Below, in pieces: positions 26,553 to 36,001 of a stretch of DNA of 64,000 nucleotides (position 1 is its first letter; each line of letters starts with the position of its first letter). A program made the translations under genes and the position numbers. The notes below the pieces were generated by a model. The model searched no databases. It was given only the letters and a program-made list of their open reading frames with translations, and was not told the DNA's origin. This DNA comes from a virus (Duplodnaviria; Heunggongvirae; Uroviricota; Caudoviricetes). The DNA is taken from IMG/VR virus record IMGVR_UViG_3300031344_000001; one strand, given 5' to 3'.

Positions 26553-27734
26553 GTGAGTCGCACCCTCAAGCGTGTTCCGTTGGACTTCTCGTGGCCCGAG
26601 CAGAAGGTCTGGAAGGGCTACGTCAACCCGTACGCGAAGCTCTCGAAGCACTGCCCGGACTGCGCGTACGGCGAGCACGGCCCCCGGGGCTACTCCCCGC
26701 GAGCGTACCGCTTCTACCAGGAGTGGTACGGCTACGTCGCGTTCGATCCGGTCGCCTACGGCGCCAAGCCGATCACGGTCGACCACCCGCGCATCCGCGC
26801 GCACGCGACGGCGCAGGTCAACCGCAGTCCCGAGTTCTACATGACCCCCGAGGAGCGCCGTCGCGAGCGCCAGAACCTCCAGAAGGCGGGTATCGACCTC
26901 ATCGAGCTGATGAAGACGACCGAGGAGCTGAAGGCCGAACTTGACGCACCGCCCGGTGACCTCGAAGACCTCCAGCAGCCGGGGCTCGTCAGGATCGGCG
27001 GTCACCGTGGTGCCGCCATCGAGCGCGAGGTCCGGCGCCTCTACGAGCAGTGCATCAAGGGGCACTGGTGCCACCACCTCACCCAGGACGACGTCGACGC
27101 GCTCGTCGCCGCCAGTCGCCTGCCCGAATTCACGCATCGGCCCGTCAACCAGGAGCAGGTCGAGAAGCTCAAGGCCCAGGGGGTGGCAGGGGGCTCCGGC
27201 TATTGGCTCGACGAGCCGAACGGCTACTGCCCGACCGCCGACGAGGTGAACGCTTGGGCACTATTCGGGATGGGGCACGACGCGATCAACCAGGGGGTCT
27301 GCCTCGCTGCACGCTGCGCGCGCGAGGGGGTCCAGGTCGAGTGCCCGACGTGCGTCGGCAAGGGCAGCTACTGGCCCGACGTGGAGTACGACGACCTGCC
27401 GCGGCTGGTCGAGGGGCTGCTCAAGCCGGAGCAGATCCTCGCGATCAAGCCCGTCGGCAAGCTCGTGCCGTCCGACGTCGTCGGCAAGCTCTACGAGGAG
27501 TGGGAGGACTACGAGCCGCCCGCGGGTCCCGGCTACCAGCTCTGGGAGAAGGTCTCCGAAGGCAGTCCGGTGTCCCCGGTGTTTGGCACGTTCGACGATC
27601 TGTGCGCGTGGGCGGAGGGGCACTCGGTCGCCGGCCGTCTCCTCTCGAAGGAGCAGTGGAAGAGCATGCTCGAAGCCGACTTCGTCTACACCGTGCACGA
27701 GACCCGCGGTGGGGTCACCCTCATCTCCGTGTGA
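26553..27734 (+). CDS. Phage-type hypothetical protein with CxxC/CxxCxGxG motifs (393 aa)
   Basis: RTLKRVPLDFSWP..VWKGYVNP, HCPDC, CPTCVGKG, YEPPAGPGYQLWE.VSEGSPVSPVF. Confidence 0.75.
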   Translation: MSRTLKRVPLDFSWPEQKVWKGYVNPYAKLSKHCPDCAYGEHGPRGYSPRAYRFYQEWYGYVAFDPVAYGAKPITVDHPRIRAHATAQVNRSPEFYMTPEERRRERQNLQKAGIDLIELMKTTEELKAELDAPPGDLEDLQQPGLVRIGGHRGAAIEREVRRLYEQCIKGHWCHHLTQDDVDALVAASRLPEFTHRPVNQEQVEKLKAQGVAGGSGYWLDEPNGYCPTADEVNAWALFGMGHDAINQGVCLAARCAREGVQVECPTCVGKGSYWPDVEYDDLPRLVEGLLKPEQILAIKPVGKLVPSDVVGKLYEEWEDYEPPAGPGYQLWEKVSEGSPVSPVFGTFDDLCAWAEGHSVAGRLLSKEQWKSMLEADFVYTVHETRGGVTLISV

Positions 27735-27739
27735 ACTCC

Positions 27740-27943
27740 ATGCCTGACCCCAACCCCAACGTCGGTGAGATGCCCGCTGCGCGGGCGCAGTGCCCCTGGG
27801 AGCCCGCGGCGATCGTGCGACTCCGCATCGAGCGCGCTGCGTACGAGCGCGCGGGTCGCCCGCGGGGCTACTTCTTCCGGCAACGCGCGGATGTCGAGGC
27901 CGAGCTGGCCGAGGTCGCGCGGCGTCTCGGGAGGCCGCGGTGA
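27740..27943 (+). CDS. Hypothetical protein (67 aa)
   Basis: ATG 27740; stop overlaps the next start. Confidence 0.45.
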   Translation: MPDPNPNVGEMPAARAQCPWEPAAIVRLRIERAAYERAGRPRGYFFRQRADVEAELAEVARRLGRPR

Positions 27944-28923
27944 GGCGCCCGAAGGTCCTTTCGCTCGGCGGTGGCCTCGACTCGTGGGCGATGTTGCTCG
28001 ACGCCGAGGTCCGCGGGGAGCTGCCCGACGTCGTCGCGTTCGTGGACGTTGGTGATCCCGAGGACCGCGCCACGCACCCTGGCGAGTGGGACGGCACGTA
28101 CCGTCACGTCGAGGAGGTCGTCCGGCCGTGGTGCGCGGCGCGCGGGATCGAGTTCGTCGAGGTCAGCGCGCGCACGGGCTACCTGATCCGTCCCGAGAAC
28201 CAGGCGTCGCGATCGCTGTTCGGCTGGCTCTGGACGATGGGTCAGATCCCAGTCGCGGGCCCCAACCGGATCTGCACGCGGATCGCCAAGGTCGAGCGTT
28301 TCGAGCGGTGGCTCGACGACCGCTTCGCCGGTCGCGAGGTCGAGGTCTGGATCGGCTTCGACGCTGCCGAGCAGGCCCGCGTCGACAACGACCCGAACGC
28401 CGGCAAGCCGCGCGGTGCGACGGGGCTCAAGGCGCGCGCGGGAGACTCCCTCGGCGCGCAGCTCCACAACGCCTTCCGCTGGACGAAGGTGCTCGCGTTC
28501 GCCATGACGCACGCGGGGCGCGTGAACCGCTTCCCGCTCATGGAGCGCGGGCTGTGCCGCTGTCGCTGCGAGGCGCTGGCTCGCGCGAGCGGCTACCCGG
28601 TGCCGCGGAAGTCGGCGTGTATGGCGTGCCCGTACGGGTCGCGCGGCGACTGGAAGACGCTCGCCGCCGAGCGCCCGGCGGTGTTCGCGTACGCGGTCGA
28701 GCTGGAGGCGAAGAAGCCTCCCACGACCAAGAACGGGATCAAGCTGTCGATCATGGACTTCGACAGCCGGACCAAGACCGGCAGACCGCTGCCCGTGTTC
28801 GTGAGCCGGCCGTACCGCGCGAAGGTCGTGCCGTGCACCGTGTGCGGCGCCGCGCAGCGCGCGACGAAGGCGGCGGGCTGCGGCTACCTCGAAGAGGGCC
28901 GCGCGGTGACGGAGGCCGCGTGA
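27940..28923 (+). CDS. PAPS-reductase-like / PP-loop protein
   Basis: VLSLGGGLDS, RICTRIAKV, WIGFDAAE, RFPL, PRKSACMACPY; GTG 27940. Confidence 0.75.
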   Translation: MRRPKVLSLGGGLDSWAMLLDAEVRGELPDVVAFVDVGDPEDRATHPGEWDGTYRHVEEVVRPWCAARGIEFVEVSARTGYLIRPENQASRSLFGWLWTMGQIPVAGPNRICTRIAKVERFERWLDDRFAGREVEVWIGFDAAEQARVDNDPNAGKPRGATGLKARAGDSLGAQLHNAFRWTKVLAFAMTHAGRVNRFPLMERGLCRCRCEALARASGYPVPRKSACMACPYGSRGDWKTLAAERPAVFAYAVELEAKKPPTTKNGIKLSIMDFDSRTKTGRPLPVFVSRPYRAKVVPCTVCGAAQRATKAAGCGYLEEGRAVTEAA

Positions 28924-28957
28924 GCGCCGTGCCGCGAGGCGTGTCCTGCACGGCACG

Positions 28958-29581
28958 GTGGCGACGTCGATCGTCGCGGGTCGAACACGGGTGGGCCGCT
29001 ACCCAGGCTGCGTCATCGCGTGGTTGCACGGGCGTCGGATCGGCACGGGCGATGCTTTGGAAGAGGGCATGACGACCACGGCGCTCTTCGGTCCCGACTG
29101 CCCGATCACCAAGGCGCTCGCGGGGCAGCCCCAGCTCGCGGTCGCCGATCGCGCGACCTATGATCGGATCTGGGCCCGGCTCGCGCGTGCCGACAGCGAT
29201 AAGCGTCGCGCAGAGAAGCGGGGCGACGCGGCGAAGCTCGCCGCCGCCAAGCGCGCGATCGCCCGCGCGACAGGCGCACGGGACGCGCTCCTGGCTCCCG
29301 TGATCGGGCACCTGTGGGCGCCCGCCCGCATCATCGCCACGTTCGAGGCGGACTGGCACGGGAAGGCCGGTGCTGGAGTCCACCGCCACGCCTGCGAGAT
29401 GGTCCTCGACCACAAGGACCTGTCCGGTCCGCAGTACCGGACCGTGCGTGTGCTCAAGGACGAGGGTGGACCGCCCACGAACGCACGCTCCGCGCCCGAC
29501 GCGATGGGCGTCGCGTGGTTCGCGATCGAGGCGCAGATCCGCTGCGGGCAGATCGTCGTGCTCGACGAGGAGCCGTCGTGA
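28958..29581 (+). CDS. Hypothetical protein (207 aa)
   Basis: ORF track. Confidence 0.55.
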   Translation: MATSIVAGRTRVGRYPGCVIAWLHGRRIGTGDALEEGMTTTALFGPDCPITKALAGQPQLAVADRATYDRIWARLARADSDKRRAEKRGDAAKLAAAKRAIARATGARDALLAPVIGHLWAPARIIATFEADWHGKAGAGVHRHACEMVLDHKDLSGPQYRTVRVLKDEGGPPTNARSAPDAMGVAWFAIEAQIRCGQIVVLDEEPS

Positions 29582-29997
29582 GCGCGCGCTCCGTGACGCT
29601 GAAGGACGTGCGGGACGCTGCGCTGATCGGGCAGATTGTCGGCGAGGCGTCGATGGCGGACGCCCCGACCATCTGCCTCGGTGAGGGGTGCGGGCACCCG
29701 CTTGAAGAAGACTGCGTTGCGTCCGCGCTTGGCGCCTCGGGTGGCGCGTACGACCTCTGGCTCTGCGCCAGCAACGCGATCGCGACGACGCGCAACGAGC
29801 GCGCAGCGGAGATTGCCGACGCCGAAACGTCGGACGCGAAGCTGCGGCTCAAGAAGCTCTACGCTTGGGTCGACGGCGTCTGCGGGTCGATCGAAGACCT
29901 CGCCACGGCCGAGTTGCATGCAGCGTCGTTGCTCCGCGACGGGGACATCCCGCCCGGCTGGAGTATCGAGTTCTCGCCCGCCGTGGAGGACCAGTGA
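29578..29997 (+). CDS. Hypothetical protein (139 aa)
   Basis: GTG 29578 coupled. Confidence 0.55.
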   Translation: MSARSVTLKDVRDAALIGQIVGEASMADAPTICLGEGCGHPLEEDCVASALGASGGAYDLWLCASNAIATTRNERAAEIADAETSDAKLRLKKLYAWVDGVCGSIEDLATAELHAASLLRDGDIPPGWSIEFSPAVEDQ

Positions 29998-30170
29998 GCA
30001 ACCGCAAGGCGCACCGTCGCGAGCGCAGCTTCCGTCGGGCCGAGCGCTTCACCGCGCATCGGCACCGCCGTCCCGGACGCAGTGAGCGAACGGCGCGGCA
30101 GGTCGAGGAGCGCCACGAGCGGCGCAGCGCCCGGAGGCTTGTCCGCGAGTGCTTCACGGAGGAAGTGTGA
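29994..30170 (+). CDS. Arg-rich small protein (58 aa)
   Basis: GTG 29994 coupled. Confidence 0.45.
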   Translation: MSNRKAHRRERSFRRAERFTAHRHRRPGRSERTARQVEERHERRSARRLVRECFTEEV

Positions 30171-30172
30171 AG

Positions 30173-30397
30173 ATGAAGACGCGCCACGAGCGCTTGGGGC
30201 TCCGCACCATCGAGTTGGAAGGGCGCTACCTCTACGAGGTGACCGCGAAGACCGGCGATGGTCAGACGGCGACCGCCGTTGTCGCGGCCGACACCGAGGG
30301 GAAGGCACGCACATGCTTGATGGCGGTGCAGACGACGATGCACCTGCGCGGGCAGCTCGTGACATTCGAGGTCCGCCAGGTCGGAGGCGCGGCGTGA
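30173..30397 (+). CDS. Hypothetical protein (74 aa)
   Basis: ATG 30173. Confidence 0.55.
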   Translation: MKTRHERLGLRTIELEGRYLYEVTAKTGDGQTATAVVAADTEGKARTCLMAVQTTMHLRGQLVTFEVRQVGGAA

Positions 30398-30551
30398 CCA
30401 TCGAGCAGTGGCTGGCGGTGTTCGCCGCGGGGCATCGTGACGCGCGCGGCGTTTGCAAGGAACCTTGCGCTCGCGCCGAGGACGCGCTGGACGTGTGCGG
30501 TGTGGTCATGCTCGTGGTGCTGGGCGTGTTCCTGGTGCTCAGGAGCGTGGC

Positions 30552-30752
30552 GTGACGACCGGCCAGTGGTTCGCGTGGGTGGTGCTCGGCGCGTGGCGGT
30601 ACGACGCGCGTGGGTGCTACATCGAGTCGCGCACGCGCGCCGAGGACGAGTTGGAGACGCGGCTCTGGTGCTTCGCGAGCGGTCTCGACCCCGAGGGTTG
30701 GCGCGGGTGGTGCTCCTCCGACTACGAGGCGCTTCCCGAGGAGCTGGCATGA
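30552..30752 (+). CDS. Hypothetical protein (66 aa), Trp-rich
   Basis: GTG 30552 coupled. Confidence 0.45.
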   Translation: MTTGQWFAWVVLGAWRYDARGCYIESRTRAEDELETRLWCFASGLDPEGWRGWCSSDYEALPEELA

Positions 30753-31231
30753 TCTACGTTGTGACGATCCAGGACAAGACGCTCTACGGCGAGCCCGACA
30801 TCGCGCTCGCGGTCGTCGACGCGCCCGACGAGCAGGCCGCGGCCCGTGCCGCGTACCCGACGATCGAGCAGCTCGCCGACGCGGGACGCGGGCGATGCGT
30901 GCCGCATGTACGCGCGATCGAGCCCGGGAAGTTCTACCGGCTCGGGGCGCTCGTCAGGCTGGCGTTTGACCCGAACGCGGAGACGCAGATCGATCCTGCG
31001 CACAAGGCGCAGATCGAGGGGGTGCTCGGCCGAACGCTGCACGCGGACGAGCTGGTGAGGGTGGATGCCCTGAGCCGCATCTCGCCTGTGGAGCGTCTTG
31101 TCGCCGAGGAGTTGGCGCGCAAGCAGATCGTGCTCTGCGCGCTCTATCTGCGGGCCGTCGCGCCAGTCGGCATGGGTGAAGCGATGCGCTTCATCGACGC
31201 GCTGCTCAACCCGAGGAGCACGGAAGCGTGA
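30749..31231 (+). CDS. Hypothetical protein (160 aa)
   Basis: ATG 30749 coupled. Confidence 0.6.
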   Translation: MIYVVTIQDKTLYGEPDIALAVVDAPDEQAAARAAYPTIEQLADAGRGRCVPHVRAIEPGKFYRLGALVRLAFDPNAETQIDPAHKAQIEGVLGRTLHADELVRVDALSRISPVERLVAEELARKQIVLCALYLRAVAPVGMGEAMRFIDALLNPRSTEA

Positions 31232-31464
31232 TGGACCTCATGGAAGGGCTGGAGGAGCGCCGCGGCGTCAACGTCGGCTTCTTCTACCTCCGGGCGAAGG
31301 GCGCGGAGGCGACGTGCAAGGTCCAGGTGTTCGTCGAGGCAGACGGCGACGTCCGGCACGTGTGGGATGGCGAGCGCTGGCGCGCCTACGAAGCGTTCGA
31401 GCCCGCGGACGTCCTGGAGGACGCGATCGAGCAGTGCAGGGCGTTCAACGGGGCGCTTCAGTGA
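31228..31464 (+). CDS. Hypothetical protein (78 aa)
   Basis: ORF track; coupled. Confidence 0.55.
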   Translation: MMDLMEGLEERRGVNVGFFYLRAKGAEATCKVQVFVEADGDVRHVWDGERWRAYEAFEPADVLEDAIEQCRAFNGALQ

Positions 31465-31742
31465 AGCGCGACGACATCGTCGTCATGCTCAAGCATGGCC
31501 ACGAGCGCGAGCTTTGGTGCGTGCTCGCATGCGGACCGAAGACCTTCGACCTGGTCGCGTACAGCGGCTACGTCGAGCGCCACAAACATGGCAACGTCGC
31601 GACGCGACCGGCGACCGCCGCGGACTTCCACGGCGACGAGGAACACCAGACGACACACCTCCGCAAAGAAGCCGCAGCCGCACGCGAGGAGCGCCGAACC
31701 GGCGCACGCGTCAAGAGAGGGCAGGTATGGCCAAGCCACTGA
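31461..31742 (+). CDS. Hypothetical protein (93 aa)
   Basis: GTG 31461 coupled. Confidence 0.5.
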   Translation: MKRDDIVVMLKHGHERELWCVLACGPKTFDLVAYSGYVERHKHGNVATRPATAADFHGDEEHQTTHLRKEAAAAREERRTGARVKRGQVWPSH

Positions 31743-32239
31743 GTCCCTCGACAGGAGCAGACCTCGGCGCGTTCGTCTGTCCCATGACGCATGAACACCG
31801 CAACCACCCGCTCGGTGGCGGCGCCTCTACCCCTTCTTCTCACCGAAGATCCTGCGCGACATCGAGTTGGCGTACATCCTCGCGAAAGCCGCGCACCGAT
31901 CGCAGACGCGCAAGGAGCTCAACGATCTCGGCGAGCCCGTGCGGTACTTCGAGCATGTGCGCCGCGCCACCCTCATCGGGATCGACCTCGCGCAGATCGT
32001 CCGGCCCGACACCGTGATCGCCAGCATCCTGCACGACGCACGACGGCATCGAGGACACGCGCGACCTGCGCCCCGAGATGATCGAGCACGTCTTCGGCGC
32101 CGACGTCTGCGGGGTCGTGAAGGTGCTCTCGAAAGATCCGAAGGAGGGCTACCTGGAACGCTTCTACGTCTGCACGGCGTTGCCTAGGAATCGATAACGA
32201 GGCAAGTGTTCAAGGGCAGCACGTCTGATTGATGGGCAG

Positions 32240-32455
32240 CTAGCATGGTCGCCAGATTGGCTGATCCAACAAGTTGCGTCTCGCTAGAGCGGCCTCGGCA
32301 TGTTGCCGACACAGCCACTTCGAGTGACCAGGCGTTGACGTAGCTACGACGCACATCGTCGCAGCGCGCGAACACTGGCGCTTTTCGCGGCCGAGTTTGT
32401 GTGGAAACGGAGACCGATCGACAACGGTCTCCTCGCAGCGCAGCGTGTCCGTCAT
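32240..32455 (-). CDS. Small Cys-containing protein inside the insertion
   Basis: ORF track 71 aa; coupled to 32452..32994. Confidence 0.5.
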   Translation of the reverse strand: MTDTLRCEETVVDRSPFPHKLGREKRQCSRAATMCVVATSTPGHSKWLCRQHAEAALARRNLLDQPIWRPC

Positions 32456-32994
32456 CGCTTCCGCGCTCGCTTCAGGAACGCCTCGACCGCCGACAGAGCA
32501 AGCATCACCGCGATCTCCTCGTTCACCTTCGCGTTGGACATCCCCAACGCCCTTGCCTTGTCCGCAGTTTCTTCGAGGTACTTGCGGGCGGCCTTCTCGA
32601 AGGTCCCGCGCTCATCCGCCAATAGCCAGTACCGCGTGCTTGGGTCTTTGACCTGTTCAGCCGCGAGCCGCACGATCTCTCGCGCTCTCACGCCACGCGC
32701 GTGCCCGACGGGATCATCCTCGTGTGACGCTTTCCTCGTCGCGTGATGCGTCGATGTCTCTGTACGCTCAACGTCGAACACTTTGGAAGCAAGGTAGGAA
32801 CGTCGCACCATCCCTCCAGCTTCCTTCGCGCTACGGGCCACGATCTTGACCCTGGCGCCTTCAAGGATCGGCGCTTCTTCAATACGGAGGCTGTCCGATG
32901 CCATGCGGATGATGTCACCACGCCGCAGATCGGTCGCCGGAATGGAAACCACGGTCACCGGATCTCCGTACGAGTCGCGCGCGGTCTTGACCAT
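32452..32994 (-). CDS. Hypothetical protein (180 aa) with HHATRK motif, inside the insertion
   Basis: ORF track. Confidence 0.65.
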   Translation of the reverse strand: MVKTARDSYGDPVTVVSIPATDLRRGDIIRMASDSLRIEEAPILEGARVKIVARSAKEAGGMVRRSYLASKVFDVERTETSTHHATRKASHEDDPVGHARGVRAREIVRLAAEQVKDPSTRYWLLADERGTFEKAARKYLEETADKARALGMSNAKVNEEIAVMLALSAVEAFLKRARKR

Positions 32995-33053
32995 GACGCC
33001 AGTCTACCGGCGCTGGGGACAGAATGCGACTTCTGTGCGCATTCTGTCCCCGG

Positions 33054-33460
33054 CTACTTGACGAGCTTCAGGACGGCCTCGCGAGGCTGATCCTCGACGA
33101 CGGTCTCCTCGTCGGTGAAGTCACTCGGCGGTCTCCCGCAGTGCGGGCACGTCCGTGGCGACAGGAGCGCGCCCGCGAGCAGGTCGTCGATCCCCACGTC
33201 GGTCAGCCGCGCGACGCTGTACGCGAGCCTCGCGGTCACGTCGCGTCCGCGCGCGTTCGTGACCTTCACGAGCGAGTCGACCGCGCCGACCTTGTCGATC
33301 GCTTCGAGGTTCTTCTTGCTGAGGTATGCCTTGTCGGCACTCACTTCCTTGACCGCGAACCGCTGCGCCGTCGCGACGAGTAGCTCGGGCAGGAGCGGAC
33401 AGTCCGCTTCCGGCGACACCTTCGCGCTCGTGACGACGTTCGTCACGGTGCCGTCTGCAC
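33054..33460 (-). pseudogene. DDE transposase fragment (IS4/IS5-like) apparently fused to an HTH/zinc-ribbon C-terminal fragment
   Basis: TNVVTS..DCPLLPELL..TAQRFAVKEVSADKAYLSKKNLEAI (DDE second-Asp region ADKAY), then AYSVARL..VGIDDLLAG..TCPHCG. Confidence 0.55.
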
Positions 33461-33702
33461 CGACTGGCGCCCGTACTTCGTGAAGGCGTGCGACCGACTC
33501 GACAACCTTCGCTCCATGGAGGGGTCCACCGTCGAGTTCCGTCGGAAGCAGGTGGCCGAGACCCGCGACAAATACTACCGGCTGTTCGACCGCATGGTCA
33601 CGCTGACTCCGGAGGAGTACCGCGACGGTGTCCGGCGCCTTCGCGAGCATGTCAGTCAAGCGGTCGCCGCAATCCCACTCGACTGAGAACTTGGAGCACG
33701 CT

Positions 33703-33999
33703 ATGACCCGCATCTTCACGCTCGAGTACGAGCACACGTGGCCGACAACGTGCTGGCCAGACGACCTCCCCCTCGCGCCCGGTGTCTTACGGGAGGTCTG
33801 GGGCGATTCCGCCGGGAAACCTACGGGTCAGAGGTTCCTGCGGGATGTGCCGGGTGTGCGGGACCAAGAGCACGCCTGGGAGATCGTACGCGCTGACGCG
33901 CGGCCGGGCTTCGGGACCATCCTGCACGCGGTGACGCCGAGACCGGCCACGTACGTCAGCCAAGGGTTCCGCCGGGCCGATCGTAGTCGTGCCCTCTGA
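33703..33999 (+). CDS. Hypothetical protein (98 aa)
   Basis: GGAG RBS; ATG 33703. Confidence 0.55.
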   Translation: MTRIFTLEYEHTWPTTCWPDDLPLAPGVLREVWGDSAGKPTGQRFLRDVPGVRDQEHAWEIVRADARPGFGTILHAVTPRPATYVSQGFRRADRSRAL

Positions 34000-34171
34000 A
34001 CGCTGCGAGTTCTGTGGCAAGTTCGGCGCGCGACGCAACGTGTTCGATCGCGGGCCGAACGGTCACGGAGGACGTGACCTCCTCACATTCTACGAATGTG
34101 CGCGATGTGAAGCTAAGCGTCGATCGTCGACGCCCCCGGGTCCCCCGGGTCACCGAACACCCGACTCCTGA
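33989..34171 (+). CDS. Small zinc-ribbon protein
   Basis: CEFC..CARC. Confidence 0.45.
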   Translation: MPSERCEFCGKFGARRNVFDRGPNGHGGRDLLTFYECARCEAKRRSSTPPGPPGHRTPDS

Positions 34172-34333
34172 GCGCCACGGCGTGCCGGCGACGCCACGGC
34201 TAGGTGGCCCTGGCCCTGGCGCCGTCGTCTCTTGGAGGACTTACCGGGGGCATGGGACCGGTACGCGGGTTGCTACTCTTAGATTGCAGGCGACGCTGAG
34301 TCGCCACTGACCCTCGCTGAAAGGACCAACGTC

Positions 34334-34951
34334 ATGACCGTCACTGATACCGACACCACCACGAATCTCGAGGCTTCCCTCACCAAGTTGTCCGACACGA
34401 TCGCGCCGCTCGTCGCCGCGCACGCCGCTTCTGAGGAGGCCAAGACTGACGAGCTGGCCGCGCAGGTCGCGCTCGTGGCGCGGATCCTGGAGATCGCGCG
34501 CCCCGCCGTGCGCGCTCTCGGCTCGCGCCCCAAGACGTCCAACGACTACATCGCCGGGGAGGGCGACGTAGGATCGACGCGCGCGAGCTGGCGCGGGTTG
34601 ATCCTCACGTGCACGACGAAGGAGCTGGGGCCGTCGCGCGACAAGCTGCGCCGCGACGACAACGACGGCACCTACGAGGGCAGGGACGTGTTCCTGCGCG
34701 ATGACGGCCAGCTCGTCGAGTTGGCCTACTCCGGGTCGTGGAGTAACTGGCAGGGATCGCGCTGCGGCTGGACGACCGAGGAGCGGACGATCACCGTCGA
34801 GGCGTTCTGCCGGAATTGGGCAACGTCCGCGCCTGATCGTCTGGTCGTGCAGCTGCAAGCGCTCGCTGACGCGGCGGGAGATCGCGACAAGGTGACGAAG
34901 GTTTCGCGCGCGCGTGCCAGCAAGTACCGCGCGATCCTGGCGCTGCTGTAG
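34334..34951 (+). CDS. Hypothetical protein (205 aa)
   Basis: AAGGA RBS; follows an intergenic region with a GGGT-N8-ACCC site at 34147. Confidence 0.7.
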   Translation: MTVTDTDTTTNLEASLTKLSDTIAPLVAAHAASEEAKTDELAAQVALVARILEIARPAVRALGSRPKTSNDYIAGEGDVGSTRASWRGLILTCTTKELGPSRDKLRRDDNDGTYEGRDVFLRDDGQLVELAYSGSWSNWQGSRCGWTTEERTITVEAFCRNWATSAPDRLVVQLQALADAAGDRDKVTKVSRARASKYRAILALL

Positions 34952-34960
34952 GGGGGCGTC

Positions 34961-35134
34961 GTGACCGAGAAGCGCCAAGGACTCCCCGACCTGCCGTGCC
35001 CGCACTGCGGGCACGCCGACACGATCCCGTTGCGGAACTACGGCAGACCGATCGTTGGTGAGTCGCCGGGCACGTCGCGCTGGCAGTGCCTGGAGTGCAA
35101 GCACCAGTTCGACGGGCCCCTGGTGCGGCGATGA
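34961..35134 (+). CDS. Small zinc-ribbon protein (57 aa)
   Basis: CPHC..WQCLEC; translated manually. Confidence 0.5.
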   Translation: MTEKRQGLPDLPCPHCGHADTIPLRNYGRPIVGESPGTSRWQCLECKHQFDGPLVRR

Positions 35135-35349
35135 GGCGCCGTGAAGCCGTGTGGATCGAGGTGCGTGCCGCGGAGATCGCTGCGCAGATGGTCCACGAGC
35201 TTTGTCACGACATGACCATCGAGGAGGTCGTCGGCTGGATGCGCCGCGGAGACAACCGCGAGCGCGGGAGCTACCCGAAGTCGCCTGCGTGGCAGGCCGG
35301 TTGGCTGGCCGCGATCATCTGGGGCCACGAGCGTCGAGGTGAGCCGTGA
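35131..35349 (+). CDS. Hypothetical protein (72 aa)
   Basis: ATG 35131 coupled. Confidence 0.5.
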   Translation: MRRREAVWIEVRAAEIAAQMVHELCHDMTIEEVVGWMRRGDNRERGSYPKSPAWQAGWLAAIIWGHERRGEP

Positions 35350-35582
35350 AGCGCTGGGTGCGCGCGCAGCGTCACGGCTTCTGGCCGTTTGTCCGTTGTC
35401 CGTTCTGTCCGTCGCGTGGAGAGCAGGCGCTCAACGAGCTGATGCCGTGGTGCTCGACGTGCGGCTGCGAGTACCGGATCACGCCGCGCGGCGCCACGTT
35501 CGACCAGGCGCTCAAGACGCCGCGCTACGCCTGGGGTAAGGCGATCAACCTCGCGGGCGGCGTGAAGATCGGCAAGCCGTGA
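35346..35582 (+). CDS. Small zinc-ribbon protein
   Basis: CPFC..CSTC. Confidence 0.55.
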   Translation: MKRWVRAQRHGFWPFVRCPFCPSRGEQALNELMPWCSTCGCEYRITPRGATFDQALKTPRYAWGKAINLAGGVKIGKP

Positions 35583-35589
35583 CGCGTCG

Positions 35590-35662
35590 CCCGGGTAGTG
35601 GGGCACCCGTGTCTCGTGAGCCCCGACCGTCGCCGTGCGGAGCCGGGTGCGGGATCACTCGG
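35590..35662. promoter_or_regulatory. Paired GGGT-N8-ACCC operator-like sites
   Basis: GGGT at 35593 (..ACCC) and 35645 (..ACTC); GGGCACCCGTGTCTCG identical to the 25263 region. Confidence 0.55.
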
Positions 35663-35725
35663 GCTAACCGTCCGCGTACTTGCGGCGCTACCGACCTGGG
35701 CACGCGATCTGCTTTACTGCATCCC

Positions 35726-36001
35726 ATGGCGATCAAGTTCGAGAAGATCGAGCCCGGCATGACCCTGCTCGACATCCACGCCGAGAAGATGGGTAACACC
35801 ACCATGAGCGAGCTGGGTTGCTGGCAGGTCAAGGTGATCTCCGTTGACGCGGCGAAGCGCACTGCCGTTGTCTCGTGGAACAGCAACCGCCCGGAGGTCT
35901 ACTACGAGCGTCAGCTGACCACGCTCTACCGCGAGGGCAAGGAGCCGAAGCGCTATCGTGACCAGCAAGAGTGTCGCCGCAAGAATGGAACGCGGTTCTG
36001 A
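35726..36001 (+). CDS. Hypothetical SH3-like protein (91 aa)
   Basis: ATG 35726; IKFEKIEPGMTL..WQVKVISVD. Confidence 0.6.
   Translation: MAIKFEKIEPGMTLLDIHAEKMGNTTMSELGCWQVKVISVDAAKRTAVVSWNSNRPEVYYERQLTTLYREGKEPKRYRDQQECRRKNGTRF

Larger units (their letters stand above)
32167..33460. mobile_element. ~1.28 kb insertion flanked by 9-bp direct repeats
   Basis: CGTCTGCAC at 32167-32175 and 33452-33460; removing it restores the HD reading frame; no clear TIRs. Confidence 0.75.
31818..33686 (+). pseudogene. HD-domain (RelA/SpoT hydrolase-like, HD_4) gene, frameshifted and split by an insertion
   Basis: IELAYILAKAAHRSQTRK..YFEH..ASILHD|GIEDT..FGADV..VVK.LSK..FYVCT (to 32175) continues as DWRPYFVKACDRLDNLRSM (from 33461); 7-bp duplication CACGACG at 32032-32045 shifts the frame at the HD motif; 5' start not resolved. 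Confidence 0.8.

Noticed and set aside
32176-33451. Calling the HD-gene insertion an intact IS
   Set aside because: No terminal inverted repeats and only a transposase fragment; the 9-bp repeat could be a TSD or a microhomology.
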